Below are positions 1-11,620 of a DNA stretch of 64,000 nt, piece after piece. Under the pieces are notes generated by a model. The model made no database searches. It was given only the letters and a program-made list of their open reading frames with translations, and was not told where the DNA came from. This stretch comes from Neoechinorhynchus agilis (lineage: Eukaryota; Animalia; Acanthocephala). Both the position numbers and the translations under genes were made by a program. Each line of letters starts with the position of its first letter. Positions within the stretch are counted from its first letter, which is position 1. The DNA lies in contig CM121341.1 of assembly GCA_051530055.1 (NCBI GenBank), positions 5,682,784 through 5,746,783 of the forward strand, read 5' to 3'.

Positions 1-632
1 AACACTTCTACTTTCTCCAATACATCAGCTATTGCGCTCATCGTGTCTATAATCGGTGGAGCCAACAAAATCGTATCTTTCACTAGTGTCGATTGATTTA
101 CAAAATTGGTCATCAATTTCGACATGGTACAAATCCTTTGATAGACAAAAAGAATTATAACAAACTCTCTTTGATCAATTCTTTTAATAACGCGTTCATT
201 TTCTATCGCATCTTCAAATCGATTCACATCCTTTTCTAACTTCGACAATCGTGCTTTCAACTCGTAGCTCACCTTAACAATCGCTTCTGGATTCTTAAAT
301 CTACAGATAGCCAATTTAGCAAATGTAGCACGAGCTCGTACGCACGAACGTTCAACCAATCTCCTGAGCATTAGTAAGTCAAATTTCACACCAAAACCGA
401 AATGACATTGAGGCAAATTTTCCACGACCTTAAATCCCAACCCGATTTCCGCACTCATTTTCGACCATCGTTGCCTTAATCTTACAATATCCATTATGGA
501 CACGCAGAAGTCAAGAACCTTCTTCGACACGTCAATCACACAAAGGACAAGCTCCTGGGGATGGTGGGTACATGCCATCTCCGGTTTCTTGACTTTGGAT
601 ACCAAAACCCGTTTCAATGACTCTGTAGCCAT
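1..632 (-). CDS. Partial ORF of unknown function (>=210 aa, runs off the left edge; not in the ORF track)
   Basis: Manual translation from ATG at 632: MATESLKRVLVSKVKKPEMACTHHPQELVLCVIDVSKKVLDFC... with no stop down to base 1. The frame is also open for a short distance upstream, so this may be an internal exon. No family recognised. Confidence 0.6.
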   Translation of the reverse strand, partial: MATESLKRVLVSKVKKPEMACTHHPQELVLCVIDVSKKVLDFCVSIMDIVRLRQRWSKMSAEIGLGFKVVENLPQCHFGFGVKFDLLMLRRLVERSCVRARATFAKLAICRFKNPEAIVKVSYELKARLSKLEKDVNRFEDAIENERVIKRIDQREFVIILFVYQRICTMSKLMTNFVNQSTLVKDTILLAPPIIDTMSAIADVLEKVEV

Positions 633-1042
633 GGAAACAGGTGCCGCTTTTTCGACGTGAAAATCGGCCAAATTGTTTCTTATGGAAACTATTGAGATAT
701 TTCGAAACAGGAAACCGCTCTAATCCGATCGATCAGGCAAAAAAAGAGGGGGGGAAAACTCGAACTTAATAATCCAACGGATACATCATCAGACAACCTT
801 GGTTTAAGAAATCCGAAACCTCCTTGATTTCTGTGTCGATCCCAAAGAATGAGCAAGTCCTTGGCCGCTACCAAATAGTCCCGTGGCTTAATCCGGACCG
901 GTCCTTTAGTCTCCGTTCGCCACTAAAGCCCTAGATTGCTCAATTTCTGCGACATGCAAGCGCGGTGCGGGGACAGCTTATAAATCCACGGAGCCCCAAA
1001 ACGATAGCCAGACACAATCGCCAAAGCCTACTGAATACTCTA

Positions 1043-1149
1043 ATACGTAGGACCCTCGAAATCGAATTCCATCTCTCCTCAGGGCGGTTTAATCAGGTGG
1101 GAAAGAGGTCGCTCTGAGGAACTTCTCCTGTCGGAATACGATTGATTCG
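1043..1149. repeat. About 105-bp dispersed repeat with internal hairpin, copy 1
   Basis: Near-identical to 10016-10119 (taatacgtaggaccctcgaaatcg...ctgtcggaata). Contains a cctcagggcgg / (c/t)cgctctgagg stem. Confidence 0.85.
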
Positions 1150-1203
1150 TATCGCTGTAATCTTCTTATAAACTCTCTATTTGTTTGTTAGTTAACAAAA
1201 ATT

Positions 1204-2131
1204 GGACCCATTTGCCCGTTTGGGTCCGCTTTGTGATATTTAGAATACAACGGAAAAATAGGAGGACCCGTTTGGATCCTCTTAAGCGTTCAAGTTCAGA
1301 GTTGTTCAAAAAAGAAAAGCGTATCCGTTAAGATGGGAATATCCAGTCGGGAACGGTTCGTTCGGGTTCGATTGAGAATATCCAGTTGGGGAATTGGTGT
1401 TTATTGCTTCCGGGAGCGCTTGTAAGGTTGGATCTTTCCTCAGAATCATTTCAGATTAGGATATCCGAGAGACGATTGGGCGATGTGGAAAAAGGAGCGG
1501 AGGTATAGGAAGGTGCGAGGGAGAATGAAACGAATTAGGATTACGAGTGTTGTGCTCATGAGAAAAGGGGCCAATTATGGAAACATTAAATGTTTTTTAT
1601 GAAACATTTCAAGACGACGGATTTGAGATTTGGAAAGGTTGCAAAAGACGGGATAACCGTAGATGAGGACGGGTAAAATAAAGCAGAAGTAAAATTTGTA
1701 GAGATCGGGTGAAGGGACTCGAAAATGTCGGAGGCGTTTGAGGAGATAAATTTTAAAAGTGCTGTGCTTGAGGGAGATGAGGTTTCTCGTAGGATGTAAT
1801 TTAGAAGCTCTGGGGATGATGTGGGGTTGCGGAAGAGAGAAGGGATCATTTCGAAGCATTTAGAGAAATTGAGATCGAGTTTGTGATTGGTGCAGAAATC
1901 TTTTATGTGTGTGATTTCGTTAGAGGTTAAGGAAAGGGAGAGGTGGGGTGGTGATTGGGCGATGAGATCATCGGCGTATGAGAAGAGTTTAGAGTGGGAG
2001 GAGAGAGGTTTTAAAGTTGGTGAAATCTATACAATTGATGCCATCGGACCCAGCATCGCATAATTTTTAATCAAGGTCGCGAGCCAACATTTTTTCATCG
2101 GAGAATCATCGATTCAAAAAAGGAATGCTGT
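1204..2131 (-). mobile_element. 5'-truncated non-LTR retrotransposon 3' fragment (CR1/L2/Jockey-type RT C-terminus plus 3' UTR)
   Basis: The ORF YLLKRLRHFRVPSPDLYKFYFCFILPVLIYGYPVFCNLSKSQIRRLEMFHKK matches the typical post-RT region of APE-type LINEs. Near-identical copy at 28623-29484. Terminal hairpin ggaccca...tgggtcc. Confidence 0.8.
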
Positions 2132-2509
2132 AGGATAAAGACGTTTCTCCTTCGTTCTTATTTCGGAACTTTAAAAAATTATGGTATAATTTTCATTTCT
2201 AAATACGAGTCGTCCTAGAGGTCACTTTATTCGATGACCCTAAAGGTGTTTGAAGATCGAATTATTCATATAGGTTGTTTTTTGGCGTAGAAATTGATCA
2301 AAAGGCGTACAAGAATGTGCCGAAACCAATCGAAGATTTTTAAAATCATCATTTAATTTCTCTACGCCAGAAAACGACCCTTAAGGTACACAAAAGCGCG
2401 TAAAAATAGTAGATGAAATTATCAATATAGTGATTAGGAATCATCGATTGAAATGAGGTCTGCAAACTGACTATTAGATTTTTCCGCACGCATACCGAAA
2501 GCACAGATT

Positions 2510-3109
2510 TCAGTCTTCATCTCTTCGTCCATGTTTCAGAATCTTTGTGAATTCACGATAATCGATCTTTCCATCTTTAATTGGGGCTTCTCTTAGGAGA
2601 TCATCAGCTTCTTCTTCTGTGTAGCGATCACCGAGAGTGATCAAAAACTCTCTTAATTCATTAGCATCGACGTACCCTTGAGACGGACACTTTTAAGAAA
2701 ATTCAATAGATGTAGAAGACAAACCAGTTGAGTTGGAGTCGAAGCACGCAAACGCATTAGCGATCACTTCCTCAGGATCGGTTCCCATTAGTTTCTCACC
2801 GAATAAAGTAAGAAACATAGTGAAGTTTATGTCGTTCGGGGCCTCGTCCACCATTTTAGCAATATCTTCTTCGGGCATCACTTTGCCTAAAAAAAGAATT
2901 GTAATTTGCGTTGCCACTAATTCCATCATCAAACCAAGGGATGCGAAAATCTCTTTTAAATCATCGATGGTGATGAAACCATCATGATCACCATCAATTA
3001 TGTTGAAAGCTTCTTTGAACTCTTGGATTTGAGCTTGGTCGAACATCGAGAACACATTCGAAGTAGCTCGCTGAGACCGTTTCATCGCGCGATTGCGTTT
3101 GGGTGGCAT
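2510..3109 (-). CDS. Myosin regulatory light chain (non-muscle/smooth type), 3 exons
   Basis: [32 protein letters not shown]-hand N-terminus. GT-AG introns at 2887-2934 and 2677-2724 (48 nt each). Last exon [23 protein letters not shown]...[11 protein letters not shown], stop at 2510. Confidence 0.95.
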
Positions 3110-3299
3110 TCTGAAATGACCGAATGGAAGAGGTCCGTTTTCCGAATGGATATCGCTCGAGAATGATATAGAAATTCAAAAATAGTGACTTTGGTCAGTC
3201 TTGCAAACAAAAAACCAATTAGTGTAAAGATGCTATATGCATAGATTATTTTTGAAGATTGAACTGTTCGTTTTTTATATAGCGTAGAGAAATTGAAAT

Positions 3300-4170
3300 A
3301 AATCTCCGATTGGTTTCGGAGGCACACAATCTTTTAAGGCCTTCGTTTGATGAAGGTTTCTTCGCCAGTTTATTAAAGACGCATTCACAGTTGAATAAAA
3401 CTTGGAAAGTAACCTTGATCAAACGAAAGCCGTCCTAAAAAATCGGAGATTTTAAAACCAAAATCATTTTAATTTCTCTAAGCGCCATATAAAACAACTT
3501 GTAATTTTATTTAGTATTTCGTCCTCTGGGTGGGATTTCTTAAGAAATGAGGACGGAATACTAAATAAAATTATTGGTTGTTTTATATGGCGCTTAGAGA
3601 ACTTAAAATGATTTCGGTTTTAAAATCTCCGATTTTTTAGGACGGCTTTCGTTTGATCAAGGTTACTTCCCAAGTTTTATTCAACTGTGAATGCGTCTTT
3701 AATAAACTTGCGAAGAAACCTTGATCAAACGAAGGCCTTACAAGATTGTGTGCCTCCGAAACCAATCGGAGATTTTAAAACCAAAATCATTTTAATTTCT
3801 CTACGCGCCATATAAAACAACCTGTAATTTTATATGGCACATAGAGAACTTAAAATGATTTTGGTTTTAAAATCTCAGATTGGTTTCGGAGGCACACAAT
3901 CTTTTAAGGCCTTCGTTTGATCAATTTTTCTTCGCATGTTTATTAAAGACGCATTCACAGTTGAATAAAACTTGCGAAATAAATCTTGATCAAACGAAGC
4001 ACTTAGAAGGCTTCCGAAACCAATCGGAGATTTTAAAACCAAAATCATTTCAATTTCTCTAAGCGCCATATAAAACAACCTGTAATTTTATTTAGTATTC
4101 CGTCCTTCGCGTAGGATTTCTTCAGAATTGAGTTTATCCACAATTCTGCAGAAATCTCACGTAGAGGACT
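3300..4170. mobile_element. Foldback/MITE-like element with long, internally repetitive inverted arms
   Basis: About 3300-3525 is the reverse complement of about 3548-3775, followed by further inverted modules to about 4110. Fragments of the same family lie at about 2320-2400 and 27550-27665. Confidence 0.8.
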
Positions 4171-4539
4171 AATAACATTATTTTTATTTCGTACAAAAAA
4201 CCAATTAAAAGCACTACATTTTAAATCTTATAAAGACGATGGCGGCGAAGAAGGAAAGTAAAGAAGTTTAGTCGGCAATCACAGTAAAAGATTCAGCGGA
4301 ATAAAATCTCGTAAATTTGGTTGCGGTGAGTTTTAAGCAATTTTTTGTGCAAAAACGGCGAGGACGATCAGAACGTTTTTGTCCTCCGGATAAGTCCATC
4401 CGATTTTAAAAGACGTTTTACAAATCGGAATTGTTCCAGATTAATGGGTGTAACTATTGATTATTTCAATTTGAAACAACGATTACTACAAAATGATAAA
4501 AAATACATCATCGATCCGCAAGGAAAACATCGAATTGGT

Positions 4540-4935
4540 TCAAATGGTCAACAAATATCTCAATTGGACGCCTTCTTTCGGTGGAACCAGGAGCTCCTTT
4601 TCCTGTCCTCCTCTCCTCAATTCATCCTGAAGAAATCCGACGAAACGGCCGAAATATTGAGAACAATAAATCAATATCTTTTCTTGCTCACGTAGTGACT
4701 GAGAAACCTGAGTGAATTTGGGTTCCGTTTCCTCGTTCAATTCGAGCTGCAGAACTTCAAAAAAAAGAAGTTGAATAGATTCTCGATTGATTTCTCTCTT
4801 CTTTTTTTGAAATCATTCACAAAAGTGGATGCTCCAGTTTTCTCAGTTTTGCCGCAATCTTTGTATAGCAGCGCGAGGAAACCTTCGACACTTTGGAGAG
4901 CTCGTACATCCACGTCGCAAACAAAAGAAGATCTT
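4540..4935 (-). CDS. Possible exons of an unknown gene
   Basis: Two coding-looking frames (FVCDVDVRALQSVEGFLALLYKDCGK...; LELNEETEPKFTQVSQSLREQEKILIYCSQYFGRF...) can be joined by a plausible gtgaat...ctgcag intron. No family recognised. Confidence 0.3.
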
Positions 4936-5189
4936 TAAGGTACGCACTAGGAGTGCAGTGTGAATTGTGAGTATTTTGACGTAGAACATTCTAAAACGAA
5001 CAAACTATACAAAAAGAGATACACTCATTTCGGACTTCATTTTGTAGGTTTAACCAACGCGACTTAACAGTCCAATGCTGCGCTGAAACTCTTATAAATT
5101 TTATCCGGTTTTTATCCGTGTGGCTACGGATCTGTCGGACAACTTTTAGTGCAAACCCTGAACTGGGCGATTAATTGGGGGAGACCCCA

Positions 5190-6460
5190 AGAAACTCGAA
5201 GTCCGATGACCCTTGCAATCCATTGTTTAAACTTCTAATTTCACCATAGACCGTGTGGAATTTCGGAGAAGATCACCAAGGATATCTACAAAACATCAGG
5301 AAGGATCCAGTGCCTCTTAGCGACGGCGGACTCCAAGAGACTCGAAGTCCGATGACCCTTGCAATCCATTGTCTAAACTTCTAATTTCACCATAGACCGT
5401 GTGGATTTTCGGAGAAGATCACCAAGGATATCTACAAAACATCAGGAAGGATCCAGTGCCTCTTAGCGACGGCGGACTCCAAGAGACTCGAAGTCCGATG
5501 ACCCTTGCAATCCATTGTCTAAACTTCTAATTTCACCATAGACCGTGTGGATTTTCGGAGAAGATCATCACCAGGATTTCTTTAAACAAAAATGGAGAGT
5601 AAAATAATCACGATACATCTACATGTTGCATTTGGACAACAGAAAAAAGGATATCTACAAAACATCAGGAAGGATCCAGTGCCTCTTAGCGACGGCGGAC
5701 TCCAAGAGACTCGAAGTCCGATGACCCTTGCAATCCATTGTCTAAACTTCTAATTTCACCATAGACCGTGTGGAATTTCGGAGAAGATCACCAAGGATAT
5801 CTACAAAACATCAGGAAGGATCCAGTGCCTCTTAGCGACGGCGGACTCCAAGAGACTCGAAGTCCGATGACCCTTGCAATCCATTGTCTAAACTTCTAAT
5901 TTCACCATAGACCGTGTGGATTTTCGGAGAAAATCATCACCGTAGGAAGCCGTTGCTCTTTAAACAAAAATGGAGAGTAAAATAATCACGATACATCTAC
6001 ATGATTGCGACGTTTTGGACAACAGAAAAAGGAAAGGATATCTACAAAACTTCAGGAAGGATCCAGTGCCTCTTAGCGACGGCGGACTCCAAGAGACTCG
6101 AAGTCCGATGACCCTTGCAATCCATTGTCTAAACTTCTAATTTCACCATAGACCGTGTGGATTTTCGGAAAAGATCACCAAGGATATCTACAAAACATCA
6201 GGAAGGATCCAGTGCCTCTTAGCGACGGCGGACTCCAAGAGACTCGAAGTCCGATGACCCTTGCAATCCATTGTCTAAACTTCTAATTTCACCATAGACC
6301 GTGTGGATTTTCGGAGAAAATCATCACCGTAGGAAGCCGTTGCTCTTTAAACAAAAATGGAGAGTAAAATAATCACGATACATCTACATGATTGCGACGT
6401 TTTGGACAACAGAAAACGGAAAGGATATCTACAAAACATCAGGAAGGATCCAGTGCCTCT
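5190..6460. repeat. Tandem array, 146-bp core unit alternating with 223-241-bp variants
   Basis: ggatatctacaaaac recurs at 5280, 5426, 5649, 5795, 6036, 6182 and 6423. Confidence 0.95.
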
Positions 6461-6569
6461 GTCGATGTCTGAGAACGTCCGTAGTCCAAACTGGATTGCT
6501 CTCTTACTTTAGAATGCAGGAGGCGTTCGCGTCGTAACTTTTATTTTTTACAATTTAACATTTTCCATT

Positions 6570-8074
6570 TCATTTTGGTACGAATGCTCTGATTCTTTGA
6601 TAAGCCAAAGCCAATTCTCTTCTCAGTACTCTGCTTCTTAGAACATAGATATAAAAGTTCATTGCGTACGAAATGAAAGTTATTCGATGTAGGACATGTT
6701 TAAGAACTCGGAGTTTCTTGCTTTTGACCGCTAACTGGGATTTTCCCGTCACGACGAGAACTGTATCGACGAAATTGAGAACATGAAACGGCATATTAAC
6801 TGTAACATAAGTAAATGAGAGAATAATCAGCATTACGGTTGTGTTTCTATAGGCTCGTCGATAAATGCAGTCCCTTGTTGATTCGTTCGAATAGACCGTT
6901 GCTTTCCTTCTACCTCTTTTTCTAAGTGCATTCAGAATGGCCGTGGATCGCTCCTCCTCCTCAGAGGCGTTTTCATTGTGAAGAACTGCGACCGGCGTAC
7001 TGATAAGACCATGTTCACTTTGAATGGTCGCTCGTTTTAGAATTGAGATTATGATGAAATTCATTATAAGGATGCTCGTGAATGGTAAGACAAAAACGAA
7101 TATTGAGTCCGCCAATTGAAGTTTCATCTTGAGATCATCTCTTTTAAAGGTACATCTTTTGTTATTGGCTGAAAGACCGACGAAAATCAGGAAGGGAAAG
7201 TAGATAACGCATCCAACGGAGACTATTATCAATATTGCAATCAATGGACAACGCATCGTTAGTGATGCTGAGAAAAACGGAGACGCGATTGCAATCGCTC
7301 GTTGAAAAGTAAATGCAGTCGTCGTGTGGAACGATCGTTCTTGTCGCTTTGGTATTGCTAACTACCACCTTTTTTTAATAATGATCCACCCATTTTCGAA
7401 AATCAATTTAAACGTTTTTTTTTCTTCTACAAATGGACGTGCTGGACTTTATCGTATTTTGCCCGAGGTGCAAGTTGATTTTTGTCAGTTCACTCAGTCA
7501 AAAAAGAAGTGTCAAATGCTAATAACCGTCTAATTCAAGAACTTCAAGACTAGAGATGCGATATATGCACATAATCGAAAATGACAATTAGAGCTCTAAA
7601 GAGGTGCCATAAAAATTGGATTTGGCATTGGTAGTTAATTCGGTCGAAGCAAAGTTATTCTTAGATTTCTGGGCAACTAATTTGCGGACAAGTCTGAAAA
7701 AGCCAGCGACAAGAACGATACATTTAAACCGAAATAAAATTCGATAGTAGTGATATGAAAGTGCTCATTTGACATATGACTGGTCGGTTGAGGCAATTTA
7801 TGCCAAGTTTTGTGAGGAAAAACAAGAATAGAATTGCTAGATAAGCATTGTCGCTTATTGCCAGAAAAAGGAGAAATATGATAGACTGAGTTCGGAGGAC
7901 GTGTTTCTTTGTGAATATCGCGATCGACAGAGTATTGCCGGTTGAACCAAAGAGTACGATGGCTAGGATTGCGCCGGTATCTACGTGATCCCAGAATCTG
8001 ACTTGGGGATCCGCCGTGATTGTTGTTGTTGTTGTGGTTTCATTGTACATTGCAGTAAGCAGTTGCTTTGTCAT
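6570..8074 (-). CDS. Rhodopsin-class (family A) peptide-type GPCR, 2 exons
   Basis: TM1 GSTGNTLS, TM2 LAISD, ECL1 Cys, TM3 AFTFQRAIAIASP (DRY-equivalent QRA), TM5 VFVLPF, TM6 VNMPF, TM7 AMNFYIY. Exons 8074-7730 and 7331-6570, joined by an inferred GT-CG intron. Confidence 0.88.
7332..7729 (-). other. Inferred non-canonical GT...CG intron (398 nt) with a perfect 15-bp terminal stem
   Basis: The join gives NFIS|FHTTTAFTFQR with normal TM3 spacing. Arms at 7705-7719 and 7334-7348 are exact reverse complements. Confidence 0.75.
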
Positions 8075-9269
8075 TTCTATAAAGGTTAGATCGGTAGTAA
8101 GAGTTTCTCATGCGATCTTCAACATAGACATTTATATATATATAAAAAGACGCAAAATCCAAGGTTGATATCCAGTTTGATTATGATCCTGAAATTCGGA
8201 GAATAGTGAGAATTTCGATGTTACAGTAAGATTCTCCGTGGTGCTTAACGGGTTGCTAGCCTACAATTTGTGGAAAACGAGCAGGAAGTGTGAGTGGTTG
8301 GAGGAATTGTTAAGGACTTTTGATCCGTTTTTTGCTCTCGATTCCAGCAGACGGGTTTTTAATTTGCCAATGCTGGAGCTTTAACGGTATGCTGTGAAAC
8401 AGTATCAATTAGACGTTTCAGCAGAAGTCTCATAGCAATCTTCGAGACTTTAAAGGAGACAACGAGAACTTTATTGCACGCGAGATATAGTCAACTTTAT
8501 AAAATTAAAGGTGTCGGGCTCGAAATAATAGCATAGAAAATTTGTTAATCCACCATTTTTTAAAAAAAAAGCAACTACTAACGGAACACTGGCAATTAGT
8601 GGTTACCGGCGGTGATTTTCTTTTTTAAAGATCGTGATTAAAATAGCGTTTGAAACCCACACTCACGCGCCGCAACGACGTATGCTCATAAAACTCACAA
8701 TTAAATCGGAGACTCCACAAATAATATAATTGTAGTTGCAAAGGAACGATGGTGGAACCATTCTATCGATTTAAAAAGTATTCAGGCCCTCCTTATGGGC
8801 TATGAAAGCAACAAAAGATGCTGCCGGAATCTAATTGTTTAACACAAAGAAGCGTTCAATTAGTTTGATAATTAAATATAATTTCTGGCCTTTACTCTAA
8901 TTGGAATTAAAACTTTAAATTTTGAACAAAAATTCAGACTATTTGTCCTGGAAATCTGATTTGTGCTTTATCACCTACTTAAAATTCAATAATATATCGA
9001 GTTCGAAAAATATGGACACGTTCATTAAAAAAAACACGAAAAATTACGGCATACAAAAGTTTTTTTGTGGTATGAAATTCGAAACGTTGTTATTGCTCGA
9101 ATCACGGTTTACGGATTCGACTCATGTCTATTGGGATGAAATAAAAATGGATATTTTGCACACCTCTAATCTCCATGATGGAAGACTAAATTGGATAAAA
9201 TGCGATGTTGAAGCAAACACTTTGCCTGAAATTTATTAATATATATATTCATAACTCCTAGAAGGTTTC

Positions 9270-9420
9270 CTAGCACACTTTGAAATGCCGTAACCTAAAC
9301 ACTTTTTAAACTTTTGCATATAAAGGAGGTTTAAAAAGTGTTTAGGTTACAATATTTAGTAGCACACTTTGAAATGCCGTAACCTAAACACTTTTTAAAC
9401 CTCCTTTATAATCAAAAGTT
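9270..9420. repeat. Small mixed direct/inverted duplication
   Basis: tagcacactttgaaatgccgtaacctaaacactttttaaac occurs twice, with an inverted copy of part of it in between. Confidence 0.7.
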
Positions 9421-10015
9421 TGCTATACTTCTAAAAATGCGATTTTTTTGGCTTGAATTAAATTCTAAAAAACGTGAGTTTGTTCAATTTGTAAAATCAT
9501 TTTCCGGCACTACATTTAATAATCGTTTTCTAATCACATTGCTGAATAAGATCGTTTAATCATGAGTACTAATGTGCCACATCAAAAAAAATAAACCTGC
9601 AGGCACTTTGGGAATGCGTTTTAAAAAAGAACTCAAATCAAAGCGTCAACATTAGTTGACATTTTCCCTGGGCTACTTGATTAGGTTCAGCTTTTAAATC
9701 TGTAGGTAATGAGAGCTTGAATTGTAAAGATATTCTCCATTATAGTTTGTTCGGCCACGATCCAACGTCGTAAACACTTGCAAAAAAACAAGTGACTGAA
9801 GAAGGCCAACGAAAAGGCCGAAAATTTTCATATAATAAATTTAATTGATACAATCAGAGCTTGAATTGATTGTTGGTAATTCGGAATATCCCTTATTTGT
9901 AACCTTTAATTCAATCTTCTTGATGAGTGATAATGGAGAACAGAATTAACACGGCTCGTTTGGTTGTTGCGCGAATCATGAAATATTGACAATTTATGCA
10001 AAATTATTCTTAAGT

Positions 10016-10119
10016 TAATACGTAGGACCCTCGAAATCGAATTCCATCTCTCCTCAGGGCGGTTTAATCAGGTGGGAAAGAGGCCGCTCTGAGGAACTTC
10101 TCCTGTCGGAATAAGATTG
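10016..10119. repeat. About 105-bp dispersed repeat, copy 2
   Basis: Matches 1043-1149. Confidence 0.85.
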
Positions 10120-10432
10120 ATTAGAGCAATTGGGCCTAAGCCGGTGAAGGGGCCAAAAAATTACATCGATAAAAAAAGGAGAAATAAGGCTGTGAGTGAA
10201 AAAGCGCTTAGACATTTTATTTAGTTGGTCAGTAGAATTCAAAGATTGTTGGTTCTTTTGTCATGAAGACGACCTTTATTTTGATTTGAGGTTTCCAGTA
10301 GATGTTAGAGTAACAACGTTCAGTATTTCTATATTCCTAAATCAACAATCACATCCATTTAACTTATTAAGAGGTTTAAATGTTCAAGACGAGACATTAC
10401 CAACAATAAAACGTATTATAATGATCTATTTG

Positions 10433-10710
10433 AGATTTTTATCCAACGAAAAATGGGTGTTTTTTATTTCTTAATACTCCAAATTGTCGACGCCTTGCGT
10501 CTTCGTCAGGGAGCTTCCCTTCGGTGATCCGAAGGGAACAGCGTTGCCCTCCTCTGATCCCTTTCAGATCACCGAAGGGAAGCTCCCTGACGAAGACGCA
10601 AGGCGTCGACAATTTGGAGCATTAAGAAATAAAAAACACCCATTTTTCGTTGGATAAAAATCTGGAATAAAACATGAGGGTGTTGGGAAAAGAGGCTTTC
10701 CATAATATTA
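10433..10710. mobile_element. Palindromic MITE-like element (about 100-bp inverted arms)
   Basis: ctccaaattgtcgacgccttgcgtcttcgtcagggagcttcccttcggtgatc and its reverse complement flank a spacer of about 35 nt, and the arms extend outward. A diverged half-copy lies at 59398-59575. Confidence 0.8.
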
Positions 10711-11099
10711 TAACGATCGCAGAATTGCTTTCGAACGCGATCCGGTTCAAAAAATGGAGTTTTATCAGACGATTAAGTGTCACTTCTGTTAATTAGGAGC
10801 TTATTGGCCATTTTAAAATTATTGCCCGTCTATTTTTATAATTGATAATCGATTTATCGCCGATTAATTCTAAAATATGAAAATGTAATTTTTTAGGTGT
10901 CTTTTTTTCAATATGCAAACAACACAAGATGAGAGACACTTTAATTTCGAGAATATCGCAAATCTGTGGGATTATTTTACAAACGCCAAAATAATTGGCT
11001 TGATTACGTGGGAGTGTTAGCAATCGATTTTAATTTGCTATAAATTCAAAATTTTAGTGGATCTCAAAAATTACTATTCGACCTTCCCAATACCTGGTC

Positions 11100-11620
11100 A
11101 ATTGATTGTCTAAGAGGTTGAGACGAATCGCTGGCGATCCAAGGACAGGAGCATTTCTCCTACAAAAACATAAGTCTAACTTAGCAACGGTGAGGGAAGG
11201 CTGTATCTGTCCTTTCGGCCGTTACACCAGGACTGCAGTTGAGTGATCCAGAAAAACGGTGGTGTGAATGATCTCCAATTGTCGAAAAAATTGTTGTTAT
11301 GGTTTGTGGAGTCGATAAAAAAGCAATCGGCACGTTTAGAATGTCCATTCGGCCGTGTAAGGAATATTAAAATATCTATAAAAAAAGATTACGGGCTGCA
11401 CCACCCATAAAAATTCTAAACAATCGCAAAAAGCTTATCCAGGCTATAGTTGTGCTGAGGTGGTCAAGAGGACAAATGCTGCTGATTTCAGTTTGTCGAG
11501 TTAACGGGTTCAAAATCCCTATCAAAAGGACTCACTGACGAGTCCCGACTCCTCCTGGCGAGGTATCTGAGAATCCAGTGAGGCAATGAACGCAGACCAG
11601 CGCGTATATGGATAAATTAT
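11100..11620. repeat. Cluster of degenerate dispersed-repeat fragments (probable retroelement relics)
   Basis: 11100-11235 is homologous (inverted) to 59018-59140. 11341-11380 matches about 51665-51705. 11527-11600 matches about 51545-51660 and 58225-58300. Confidence 0.65.
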
